A stretch of DNA of 64,000 nt from positions 186,001-250,000 of the forward strand of contig NIVC01001283.1 of NCBI GenBank assembly GCA_002269645.1, read 5' to 3'. The stretch comes from Macrostomum lignano (taxonomy: Eukaryota). The notes below the pieces were generated by a model. The model was not told the origin of the DNA. It worked only from the letters and a program-made list of their open reading frames with translations, and did no database searches. Below, one piece after another: positions 14,201-26,209 of the stretch (positions are counted from its first letter, which is position 1; the number at the start of each line of letters is the position of its first letter). A program made the position numbers and the translations under genes.

Positions 14201-16178
14201 GGACTCGGTATGGGACTACGAGACCCTTGGGACTCGATATGGGACTACGAGACCCTTAGGACTCGATATGGGATTACGAGACTCTTGGGACTCGATATGG
14301 GATTACGAGACTCTTGGGACTCGATATGGGAATACGATACCCTTGGGACTCGATATGGGACTACGAGACTAGGGACTTGATATGGGGCTATGAGACCCTA
14401 TTTACTCCGTGTGGGACTACGAGACTCTAGAACTCCATATGGGACTATGACTTCAGGGACTCGGTGGGACTCTATGGACTATAAGACAGAGTATGGGACT
14501 GTAAGACTCTAGGGACTCAATATGGAAGTCTGGAGCTCGATTGGTGGCTATAAGACTCTTAGTATGTGTTGTTCTCTGTTTGTCTCTCCCGGCTTCTCCA
14601 TTGCTATCTTGAGGCTGTATTTGAAGCGTATGCTTCAACCTTTCATAGTATCTGGGTTAAGGTCCGCACAAAACAATCCCACGGGTGAAGCAAATGTGAG
14701 GCGACCCCAGCGTTATCAGAAAATGGGAACACAAATTTAAACGCACTCAATCCACTTGAGTGTTGGAGTGGAACGAAAGAAAATATATAAAATGCACTGG
14801 GCTGTTTGACAGATGGGAACCATTTTAATACTTAGACCGCCTGTGCCCCTGTGTCCGACTAATTTAGTGAGCTCTTTGTCTGAGCAAACCAAGTCTTATA
14901 ATAGTATATTTCCACAGTATGAGAAGCAGCTGTTTAACTTGAAAACTTCCCCCAAGGCGCCGGAGGGGTAGGCAGGTTTATTCCCCTCGGCACCACGCTG
15001 GGGAGGCGTGCTTCCCAGTGCTTTTGAAATCAACAACACATGATGGGCCTCTTTTATGAGCAGAAGGAGCTGGATTGAGTACAATGCACGGGTAAAGGGC
15101 GGAAGTAACTGTGACTCCTGAGCTAGCCAAATACCCGTACTTCGTCATCTGATTAGTGACTAGCAGGAATAAATCAACGAGATTCCCATCCCACGTATTC
15201 GAAGTTTAACTCCTTTAAGGCCGCCCTCGACCCTCCAGTGGCTTCATGTTCCCAATTATTATGAAAATCTTGTTGTTAGTTATATTGCATGGATTTACAC
15301 GAATTACACGGAAGTTCAGGGTCTACACGCACTGAATTTGTTAATAGAACGGTCAGAATTGCGAGTAGTTATAAAGATTGATTAAAACAAATATATTTTT
15401 ATAATGAACAAACAGCCTATGCCAGTGTTGCTCAAAAACAGATAAGAGATAAAAGGAGAGAAAAGATGCAAGAGAAAATAAGAGGCGAGATGAGACAAAC
15501 CTTGAGCGTACCGGATTGCTATTGTGAAGTTTCAAAGGACCCCCCTCCTCCCGAGGACAGAGAACATTTTTTTAAATCCCTGATCAATGTTTCATTTTGA
15601 TTATTTTCATTTCGCGTTACACAAAACATCGTAAAATCGAAAACGGGTCTAAAATAAGAGGGGCTAAGGCAGTGTCCGGCGGCAACTAAATATGGCCATT
15701 CCTAGAGGCTACGAGTTTCCTATTCCAACTTCGAGCAATTTTCGTGGAGGCGCCTCCCCGTAACCTTCCCGTCCCGTCCCTTCCTGTTTCCCTTCCCAAG
15801 CTTCCAACTTAGGTGGCAAATTGGAAGGCCAGAGAGTGCAGTTTGTTTTGATTGCCCCAAACCCGGAGACGCCGAGGAGACTCTTAAGGGCTTTTTATAT
15901 GAGCGCATCTTTATTAGGCCATCGGTTGAGTGAGCTGAGCAAAAATTTCCTTCTTTTGAGAAGAGCGATATGGGGGCCTAGGTTCAAGTTCGAATTCTCT
16001 TTATTCTTAATTTCGTTGCGTTCATAAACTCGACCTGCATTATAAAAAATCAACTTTCTCTCCTTTTTTGTTCAGCAGAGCAGGCTGAGAAGCTGTAAAA
16101 AGGCGCTATTTTTCTTTAAAGATTTCTGCTATTTCTCATGCACTGCCGCTGGGGAGGTTCAATTAACGGGCAATTCAG

Positions 16179-16209
<31 letters not shown>

Positions 16210-17665
16210 AGTTTAGTTAAAATAGTTTCGGAGAGCCCCTAAGAGGCCCTGGATGGCGTTCCCAGGGTCCAAACAGCCGGCGCTAGTACTGCTTCAACTG
16301 GTGAGAGAGTTAGTGCTCGATTTGCCTCGGCTCCCCTCAAGGCCCGAGCACGGGAATGGCTTTTTACAAGCCTGGGTACGGGGAGGGTGAGAGCGAGGGC
16401 TTGTGACCCCTATTGGCACTTAGGGAACCCGCTTCCTTGGTTTTTCAGCTTCAGGAGTTAGGGGGGGGAGTATAGCGAAGTGATTGATTGATGAAGCAGG
16501 AGCTGGGAGGCTGCGCCTGATTTTCGGACACGGCCTGACTTAGCTGAATCAGCCGACGTTGTTGATTCAATTGTCACGTGTTGTTAACAGTGCCTTAGCT
16601 ATATATGGTTTCAACGTAATGCATTAGATTGAAGTTAATATTGATTATTTAATATTGTACAGGTGCAGCTTAATATCACCAACATCAAGAGATACTTTTC
16701 AAGACACCAAACCTAGGGTTCGGTTCCGTATCGATATGCGGAAGCATTAACTTAGGCTCTTTTGCAAAAAAAGTTGGGCCTAAAGCAGGGGTGAGGGGCC
16801 CGCAAAGCCTCTCTATCCGGCCCTAGGGTCTTTTGAAACTTCACAATAGCAATCCGGCCGGCTCAATGCTTATGTCTCTTCTCAGGTGGTCATATGATTT
16901 GTGGAGCTATAAATTAACTGATTAAATTTTATAATTGTGCACAGGCAGGAGTGCTTTTTTGTTTAAAAATAAAAGTGCACATATTCGGAGAACAACCCCT
17001 ATCCACCGCTCTCGCGCCCGCCCTCAGGCCCAGTGCTGCTTCTGACTGAGCTGGCACTTTACGGCAATTTAAGAGACTTCCTAAAACAGCGCCGTGTCAC
17101 CTCGAAGCAGGCCGACTACATGAATGTGCTGCCAGACACTCGCGAGGTCTGCTTCACGCCCTGCGTGCGGCCTGTTCAGCTGCTGCACTTCAGCCGGGAC
17201 GTGGCCAGGGCGCTGCAGTTCATGGCCGACATAAAGGTGCGTGAGCTGCTCTAGGGCATTCATGATTGGTGTACAGTTGCGCAATGTGATGCTTGAGAGG
17301 ATATGGATTGGAAAGATTATGAATTGGGAAGGTTTAGAAATAGAAACTTTTGTTTGGGAATATTGATTCTAAGCAAATTGGTTTATTAAAAACATATATA
17401 CTTGTATACGATTTGACTGTTATATATGGACAGTTCGTTAATCAGCGATTGTGATGCCTACTTTCTGCACAGATTGTCCACAGGGACATTGCCGCGAGAA
17501 ACATTCTGGTGGCCAACTCCGACGAGAAAGGCAAAATTGTTGCCAAGGTTTCCGACTTCGGGCTAACAAGGAACGTCTCCGACAAGGATTATTATCGAGT
17601 CATCACCGAGGTGAGCTCGGGATTTGTTTTGCTGGATAGATAGACAGATAGACAGATAGATAGAC

Positions 17666-17696
<31 letters not shown>

Positions 17697-17697
17697 C

Positions 17698-17748
<51 letters not shown>

Positions 17749-17749
17749 C

Positions 17750-17800
<51 letters not shown>

Positions 17801-17801
17801 C

Positions 17802-17832
<31 letters not shown>

Positions 17833-20800
17833 CAGATAGAAACAGTTTGTATTCTGTCGCCTGCTCCGGGTGGCCCCTCACCGATTTTTTCAGTCTGTGA
17901 TTTACGAATGCCCAGTAAATTTTAGCCAGCCGCTGCTTTCCTAGCTTTCAGTGAAAGCTGTTCAAATATTTGTAAATGTGGCCGCAGCGCACAGATGCAC
18001 TAAAGACCTTTGGGGGGCAGGTGCAGCTGTACTAAAACTACAGTTTCGCTTCCAACTCGAACAAGCCCACACTTGCTGTCCTTAGTAGTGAAGACCATAG
18101 TGAAATATCTGGACCAGGGGGCTGTTTTCATTCAAATAATTTGATCATTCCGGCTACTGAAACTTGTGTGATCTGCCTGCCCGCCTGTCTGTCTGTCTGA
18201 TTGGAACAGGCCTGTTTTTGTTTTCGTCTGGCCTTTTGGCTAGGGAGGGGGGCAGCTCAAGTACAGAGCAATGTCACATGTCACGTGGTCGTGGTGTAAC
18301 CCACACCTTTCGAGATAGGAACTACGAGAGCAGAGTATAGTTGCGGGGTTGTAATAACTTATACTAACCGGTAGAATTTCCCAATACGATCTTGAGTATT
18401 TTACAAGCATCTTATATTTTGCAGGGCAAGCTGCCGGTGAAGTGGCTGGCTCCGGAGTGCTTGAAGTCGCAGTACTTCTCCAGCAAATCTGATGTGTAAG
18501 TTCTGTGTACATTGTTTGTATTTGTGAGCAATTCTGCTTAGTACTAGCAAATCACCTTTAATAACTATGGGTTAGTGGGTATCTCAAACCGTGAATCCAT
18601 GGAGTCAACCGGTATCTCAAACTGTGAATCCCTCGAGTCAACCGGTATCTCAAACCGTGAATCCCTCGAGTCAACCGGTATCTCAAACCGGGAATCCCTT
18701 GAGTCAACCGGTATCTCAAACCGTGAATCCCTCGAGTCAACCGGTATCTCAAACCGTGAATCCCTTGAGTCAACCGGTATCTCAAACCGTGAATCCCTCG
18801 AGTCAACCAGTATCTCAAACCGTGAATCCCTCGAGTCAACCAGTATCTCAAACCGTGAATCCCTCGAGTCAACCAGTATCTCAAACCGTGAATCCCTCGA
18901 GTCAACCGGTATCTCAAACCGGGAATCCCTTGAGTCAACCGGTATCTCAAACCGTGAATTTCGAGAACCTATCGTGGTCACCAGTTCCTTGAATCCATTC
19001 ACACACTTCACACACCTATTCCATTTTAGTCTGGTATTTAAATTTCAATAAACTGCATTTAAAAGTGTTTTTCATTGTTGCTAGAAGGCTCAGATGAAGT
19101 GAGGGATGCTGACTAAACAGCCCAGTTCAGGAGTTATTACTCAAAACGGCACGTTTGTCTCCGTCCGCCAATTAGTGTCTAAACGGGAGGCGCTCCAGCA
19201 GCCATAAATTATGCATGTCCACACCGTCCCCCCCCCCGAGTTGCGGGACTCCACCCTTCTCAAGTTTGCTCAGTTCAGCCCGTCGCTGTGGCGGTCGGCA
19301 GCGGAGCGGCTGCGGCAAAGTCAGGCCCTTCACCCGGACTAAGAAGGCAATTAATTATAATTAAATTGCTGCCCTATTCTCAGCCCGCGATTGACCAATA
19401 AGCTGGGCTTTGAGTCTCTTTGTCTCTCTGCTCCCCTCCCCTAGTAGCAGCAGCAGCAGCTCATTTTGCTCCTGACAGACACCCCGCCTAAATCGCCCGG
19501 GAAGGTGACGATCTGATAAATCTCCCAGCGATCAAAATTGAGCTAATCCTGATCCAGTTTCTCGGCGTTAGGAGGGGATTGAAAGAACCGGGAAGTGTTG
19601 TTGGAATTCCGCTATAGATTGTCATTAATAACTGATTTTCTAGCTCCGTTTGCTAGCAGCGCGTGAAAAGGCTGACGGTGAGAATAGCGGAGTTCGCCAT
19701 TCTTCGGCATTCTCCTCCTGCTGCTACTCCTCCCTTTTATTCCCCGGCCACACAATCGGAATGATAGAATGGCAGAAACCTTTGCCTGTGCATAAATCTT
19801 TACCGCCAGACAGTCAATGCAATAGCGTAATAACATAGCAGTGCAGCTGCGACTTCATTGCTCAGCTCGCCCCTCCACAACTGGCCTGCGCGGAACCGCC
19901 ACGCGGTCGGGGGGGGGGGCGCCATGAGATCTTCACTTCACCGCCAGTTTTGTAAGCACAGCGCGGCGGCGGCGGTATACCGTAAAATATCCCCCTCTCT
20001 ACAGTGTGTGCGTTGCAGGTTTTTTTACCGCGTGGCATTCATAGAAATCCAGATCGGATCACGTGATTCCACGTGAGTGAGTCGTGGCTTAGGGACGCGG
20101 GTAGCACGGGGAGGCGGGCGGGAGAGGTGGAAGAGAACAAGGCTCCTATAATATAGTTCCTCTCTTTGTTGCGCGCGTGGAAAGTCCTTTGTGCTGATGG
20201 ATGCAGCGCATTGAGTGAGTTCTTGCTTACCTGCCGGGCGTTTTGGGATGATTTTTGACCTAACCTACCGGTTGAATTTTATTAATTGCAACTGGCTTAG
20301 CTTTGAGAGTTGTTCACGCGCCGGTGAAAGTAAAATTTATGATTGCTCAATGGCCTCGCTCACACAATAACAGCGAGGCGATTCCTGATCCCAACGGTGG
20401 GATAAAGGACGAATTTTGAGAAGCAAAACAGCAGCAATTCCCAGGCCAACCTTGCGCGCTTTATTGGTTGAGGGAATGCTTTTTCACAGAGCAGCCTTTA
20501 AAAGCCCCGCTGCTGGCCTCAAAACTTGAAAAGTGCGCGAAAGCCTTTTCAGCTACTGCTGGCCTGGCTGAAGGGACAAGTGAAGGGGGGTATAAATAAC
20601 TCCCCGCCCCTTCCCTCCGGTCCTAAACAGGGAATCTGATCCTGCGTGCACTGCTGCACCCCCAAAAGCTGCTGTAAATTTGCTTGCTCCTTGCCCCATT
20701 TCAGCTCTTTGACCTTGCGTATGCACTTAGTAAAAATATTTGAATCCTATTCCGGTGCGTCACTGCAGAACGTTGGGGCTTGTTTTTCTAGTTTCAAAGT

Positions 20801-22031
20801 TTAACGAGTTTCTTCGCTTCTATTCACGTTCAATTCTCCTAAATCTGGTTTCCCCTACTCGAACCCTTTATGATCCCATCTCGAATCCATGAAACCCCTT
20901 CTCGAATCCATGAAATCCTATCTCCGAATCCATGAAACCCCATCTCGAATCCATGAAATCCCATCTCAGTATCCATGAAACCCCATCTCGAATCCATGAA
21001 ATCCCATCTCAGTATCCATGAAACCCCATCTCGAATCCATGAAATCCTATCTCCGAATTTATAAAATCCCATCTCAGTATCCATGAAACCCCATCTCGAT
21101 TCCATGAAATCCTATCTCCGAATTTATAAAATCCCATCTCAGTATCCATGAAACCCCATCTCGAATCCATGAAATCCTATCTCCGAATTTATAAAATCCC
21201 ATCTCAGTATCCATGAAACCCCATCTCGAATCGATGAAATCCCATCTCAGAATGCATGAAATCCCCATCTCAGAATCCATGAAATCCCATCTCAGAATCC
21301 ATGAAACCCCATCTCGAATCGATGAAATCCCATCTCAGAATGCATGAAATCCCCATCTCAGAATCCATGAAATCCCATCTCAAAATCCATGAAGTCCCCT
21401 CTCAACTCTATGAAATCCAAATATACTATATCTCTAAGTTCCAATCTCAAATTCCATGAAATCCCTATCTCAAAATCCATGAAATCCCATCTCAACTCCA
21501 TAAAACCCCATCTCAAATCCATGTAATCCCATCTCAACTCCATAAATCCCCATCTCAAAATCCATGAAATCCCATCTCAACTCCATAAAACCCCATCTCA
21601 AATCCATGTAATCCCAATCTCAAATCCCTGATATTCCCATCTCAAAAATCCGTAAAATCCTCTTGTCAAATCCTTGAAATCCTCTTATCGAATCCATTAA
21701 AACTTGCCAACTCCACTGCTCAAAGCAGTTTAAAATCGTTCCATTCAACGCCTAGCAAGCCTCCTTGAATTGCAGCTGGGCCTACGGCATCCTCCTCTAC
21801 GAGATATTCTCCAAAGGCGAGACCCCGTACCCCGGCGTGTCGCCGAACGGGGTGCTGCCGTACCTGGAGGCCGGCGGCGTCAATCCGCAGCCGGTGCTCG
21901 CCGGCGAGGGCCTCTACGGCCTCATGCGCGACTGCTGGGCCTGGGAGTCGCGCGATCGGCCCAGCTTCGAAAGCATCCTGGCCCGGCTGGACGGACTCGA
22001 GAGGTGCTACGAGCACACCGACCTTCCGTGA
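5635..22031 (+). CDS. Receptor tyrosine kinase with signal peptide, 3 Ig-like domains, TM and TK domain (FGFR-like), ~915 aa, 12 coding exons
   Basis: Exons 5635-5662, 7089-7326, 7988-8590, 9098-9414, 10017-10259, 11438-11855, 12129-12238, 13139-13255, 17028-17236, 17473-17610, 18425-18495, 21776-22031. All junctions GT-AG with matching phases; total 2748 nt. Signal peptide [20 protein letters not shown]; Ig motifs AGTYTC, GIYSC, SGWYSC; [29 protein letters not shown]; kinase motifs [41 protein letters not shown]. Confidence 0.93.
6945..7007 (-). other. Degenerate 28S rRNA-derived cassette (H69-H71 region), relic copy in RTK intron 1
   Basis: Reverse complement AGGTAAACGGCAGGAGTAACTAT...CAATGCTTCGCCAGCTAAT aligns without gaps to the universal 28S sequence GGGTAAACGGCGGGAGTAACTATGACTCTCTTAAGGTAGCCAAATGCCTCGTCATCTAATTAGT. 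Confidence 0.7.
7358..7790. repeat. Intronic minisatellite GGGATCTGAACTCGCCCCGGGATCTGGCCTT
   Basis: Tandem copies in RTK intron 2. Confidence 0.9.
8699..8860. repeat. Intronic low-complexity TGTCCCCT/GGTCCCT repeat
   Basis: Tandem copies in RTK intron 3. Confidence 0.85.
9585..9885. repeat. Intronic minisatellite GATCCCGATTCCCATTCTGAGTCTAATCTCAG
   Basis: Tandem copies in RTK intron 4. Confidence 0.9.
11024..11220. repeat. (ACAG)n microsatellite
   Basis: Direct reading; RTK intron 5. Confidence 0.95.
11928..12092. repeat. Degenerate intronic minisatellite CCCCACTGCTAATTCCCCGACCCCAATCTCAAAT
   Basis: About 5 tandem copies in RTK intron 6. Confidence 0.8.
13277..14480. repeat. Intronic minisatellite GGGACTCGATATGGGACTACGAGAC(CCTT/TA)
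   Basis: Tandem copies starting ~20 bp after the donor of RTK intron 8. Confidence 0.95.
15090..15188 (+). other. Degenerate 28S rRNA fragment (H69 region through ...AACGAGATTCCCA)
   Basis: GGGTAAAGGGCGGAAGTAACTGTGACTC...TAGCCAAAT...TCGTCATCTGATTAGTGAC...AACGAGATTCCCA is collinear with the universal 28S sequence, with small indels. Confidence 0.75.
16786..16842 (+). mobile_element. hAT-like (CAGGGG...) MITE end, copy 1
   Basis: CAGGGG start and motif GCAAAGCCTCTCTATCCGGCCCT...TTTGAAACTTC shared with 32527 and 54005. Confidence 0.45.
17636..17840. repeat. (GATA)n/(GACA) microsatellite
   Basis: Direct reading; RTK intron 10. Confidence 0.97.
18578..18958. repeat. 33-bp intronic minisatellite ACCGGTATCTCAAACCGTGAATCCCTCGAGTCA
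   Basis: About 11 tandem copies in RTK intron 11. Confidence 0.95.
20872..21660. repeat. ~22-bp minisatellite GAATCCATGAAATCCCATCTCA
   Basis: Tandem copies upstream of the last RTK exon. Confidence 0.9.
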
Positions 22032-22070
22032 CCGTCCGTGTCACTTTGCCTGGCAACTGGATTCATGCCA

Positions 22071-24140
22071 AGACAACTCGATATCCCATCTCAGAAAAAC
22101 TCGATATCCCATCTCAGAAAAACTCGATATCCCATCTCAAGACAACTCGATATCCCATCCCCAAGACAACTCGATATCCCATCTCAGACAAACTCGAAAT
22201 CCCATCTCAAAACAACTCGATATCCCATCTCAGAAAAACTCGATATCCCATCTCAGAAAAACTCGATATCCCATCTCAGACAAACTGGATATCCCATCTC
22301 AAGACAACTCGATATCCCATCTCAGACAAACTCGATATCCCATCTCAGAAAAACTCGATATCCCATCTCAGACAAACTCGATATCCCATCTCAGACAAAC
22401 TCGATATCCCATCTCAGACAAACTCGATATCCCATCTCAGACAAACTCGATATCCCATCCCCTAGACAAACTCGATATCCCATCCCCTAGACAAACTCGA
22501 TATCCCATCTCAGACAAACTCGATATCCCATCTCAGACAAACTCGATATCCCATCTCAGACAAACTCGATATCCCATCTCAAGACAACTCGATATCCCAT
22601 CTCAAGACAACTCGATATCCCATCTCAGACAACTCGATATCCCATCTCAGACAACTTGATATCCCATCTCAGAAAAACTCGATATCCCATCTCAGACAAC
22701 TCGATATCCCATCTCAGAAAAACTCGATATCCCATCTCAGACAAACTCGATATCCCATCTCAAGACAACTCGATATCCCATCTCAGACAAACTCGATATC
22801 CCATCTCAGACAAACTCGATATCCCATCTCAAGACAACTCGATATCCCATCTCAGACAAACTCGATATCCCATCCCCTAGACAAACTCGATATCCCATCC
22901 CCTAGACAAACTCGATATCCCATCCCCTAGACAAACTCGATATCCCATCTCAGAAAAACTCGATATCCCATCTCAGACAAACTGGATATCCCATCTCAAG
23001 ACAACTCGATATCCCATCTCAGACAAAATCGATATCCCATCTCAGACAAACTCGATATCCCATCTCAGACAAACTCGATATCCCATCTCAAGACAACTCG
23101 ATATCCCATCTCAAGACAACTCGATATCCCATCTCAGACAACTCGATATCCCATCTCAGACAACTCGATATCCCATCTCAGAAAAACTCGATATCCCATC
23201 TCAGACAAACTCGATATCCCATCCCCTAGACAAACTCGATATCCCATCTCAGACAAACTCGATATCCCATCTCAGACAAACTCGATATCCCATCTCAAGA
23301 CAACTCGATATCCCATCTCAGACAAACTCGATATCCCATCCCCTAGACAAACTCGATATCCCATCCCCTAGACAAACTCGATATCCCATCCCCTAGACAA
23401 ACTCGATATCCCATCTCAGACAAACTCGATATCCCATCTCAAGACAACTCGATATCCCATCTCAAGACAAATCGATATCCCATCTCAGACAAACTCGATA
23501 TCCCATCTCAAGACGACTTGATATCCCATCTCAGACAAACTCGATATCCCATCTCAGAAAAACTCGATATCCCATCTCAAGACAACTTGATATCCCATCT
23601 CAGACAAACTCGATATCCCATCTCAAGACAACTCGATATCCCATCTCAGACAAACTCTATATCCCATCTCAAGACAACTCTATATCCCATCTCAAGACAA
23701 CTTGATATCCCATCTCAGACAAACTCGATATCCCATCTCAGAAAAACTCTATATCCCATCTCAGACAAACTCGATATCCCATCTCAAGACGACTTGATAT
23801 CCCATCTCAGACAAACTCGATATCCCATCTCAGAAAAACTCGATATCCCATCTCAAGACAACTCGATATCCCATCTCAAGACAACTCGATATCCCATCTC
23901 AAGACAACTCGATATCCCATCTCAGAAAAACTCGATATCCCATCTCAAGACGACTTGATATCCCATCTCAGACAAACTCGATATCCCATCTCAGAAAAAC
24001 TCGATATCCCATCTCAAGACAACTCGATATCCCATCTCAAGACAACTCGATATCCCATCTCAGAAAAACTCGATATCCCATCTCAAGACAACTCGATATC
24101 CCATCTCAGAAAAACTCTATATCCCATCTCAAGACAACTC
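22071..24140. repeat. ~23-bp minisatellite AAACTCGATATCCCATCTCAGAC
   Basis: About 90 tandem copies just after the RTK stop codon. Confidence 0.97.
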
Positions 24141-26209
24141 TAGATCCCACTCGGAATACAACTCAAAATCCCATAATTTGATTCTGATTGCAAGTTCTCA
24201 ACTTCCAGTTTCGCAGCGAGTGCAGTAACAAACAAAGTTTGCCAACTTGGTAATGAGCACTAAAGCAACGCATCAGCTGTTCATTTATTATTTTTCTACG
24301 AACTTCATCACCATGTTTCGATCGACCGTGCTGCAAAATCAATCTTGCTCTATTTTTTAGCTCGTAGACCATATTTTCCGCTTCACGCACGCATATGCTG
24401 CCCATACTACTTGCTATCGTCTGGCCAGGGAATCCCCCGCCACTTTATTATTTTTCGAACCCCCTTTTTCCCTGTCTGTTGCCCCCACCCACAGCAAATT
24501 GGCATTATATTTTGCCAGCGCGCTCTGTACCTGTGTACATATGCACAAATAGTAGCTATTTTGCCATATATAAGCTTGATATTTTGGTGCTTGAACTCCC
24601 AATTTTGCCATCCCAAAGATGCAGCTGCGAGGCCCCAGCCCGATTTACAGATCAGTCTGCTATTTTTTTGTTTAAATTCATTTTTATTGTTTGCAAGTCT
24701 ACAGGTGAAAGAGGCCCTAGCCGTAAAGTTTCCTAGTAAATGATTAATATTATTTTACCTATAATTAATATTATAATAATCTTTTCTAAGCGTCATCCCC
24801 GTGTGTTTTTAAAAAAGGCAGCCGTACAGGTACAGTGTACAATATGCAATGTACATAAGGTGCGTTTATATTCGCCTAGATACATATTTATGCATACAAC
24901 ATTTCGCATTTTTCAGCTCTGAATGTCAATTTAACTGCAAACAGTCAATTATTGCTTGCAGTTGAAAAGCTGAAATTGCAAAATTTGTAAGGCAAGCAAT
25001 TCATGCTCTATGATGAAGTGAAGCTCATGCCCCTCTGCTGTCATTTGTATTTTTTCGCTCATGTCCCGTAAACAAATGAGTGGCCTGCAAGGATCTTGTT
25101 TATTATATGCAGGTGCGTTTCCGCCGAAGCAGCTGATCTCCCATAATTATTCAATTCGTCTTGTACATGCAGCGGCCGTGCGCTGATCAACTAATATATT
25201 TGTGTTTATTTATTTTCTTCTATATTGTGCATTACCAGACCCTATGCATATGCTATTTTACAAGCCCTATATATGTATATATACTGTGTCATCTTGGGCC
25301 CCTGTGTGTGCGGCCTCGATTTTGCGTTACTCTCTAGTTGCAGCGTCCTTGTACTTTAGTTCTCCATGGCAACAGGACTCTGTTCCAATATGATCGAAGC
25401 CTGAAGCCCCCAGACCTGCCCGATCGCATTTACTTGACTGGGTCTGCAGTTTTCTCCCGAAACTTCCCCTTGCGACTGCCCAGGCTCCGCCGCTACTGAG
25501 GGCTTCTGATGGATTGAATTTATTGCAGTTTAATATTAAGTTTATTGGCTCTGTTCTATTCGATACAGGAGTGTACTGATTTATGAACATGAAAATCAAT
25601 CCATCACTAGCTTTCTTATTAAATGCGGAGTAGGCCTGCATCTTTTTTGCCCCCCCCCCCACTCTCTCGTTCTGTTTTGGTGTTTTTTTGCTACCTTTGA
25701 CTGAAATAAAATCATTGAATTAAAAAAATCAAGGCGCCTTATACTTTTGTTTCGATGGATGGCAGAGTGATAGCGGAGCGAAAGCAGACTAATAACAGAG
25801 CGAAAGCAGACTGATAGCGGAGCGAAAGCAGACTGATTGCAGAGACTAATAGCAGAGTGAAAAGCAAAAGTTAAAGCTCTATGTACGCTATTTGACGCAT
25901 TATATACATTTGCGAACACTTCGAGTCAAATGAACATTCTCCAAAACCCCGAGAGCTTGATCAACATCCTATACATATCAAGTCGAAAGATTTCTCAATC
26001 GTATATGGTCTGATTCAATCTATATAACTACGAACGAGAGTATTACCCACTAGCCATAGACAGAAAACTTTTATTTGTGGATCAACTGCGTAAAAAGCAT
26101 TGATAAGGTGACAGCAAATACAGAACCTACTATTGCAACTGAGCAAACGTCACTTAGCCAGATACGTCAACAGCATTGCTATATAACCAACATTGACAAG
26201 CCATCGCGA

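Noticed and set aside
13264-14380. Regular repeats that might suggest a CRISPR array
   Set aside because: No unique spacers, no cas genes, eukaryotic intron.
24916-24929. GCTCTGAATGTCAA, identical to 28S sequence just upstream of the cassette region
   Set aside because: An isolated 14-mer with no extension; about this many chance hits are expected against a 4-kb rRNA.
26075-26209. GTG-initiated N-terminal extension of phosphatase A in the ORF track
   Set aside because: Eukaryotic context and AT-rich codons; ATG 26210 gives the same 392 aa length as the paralog.
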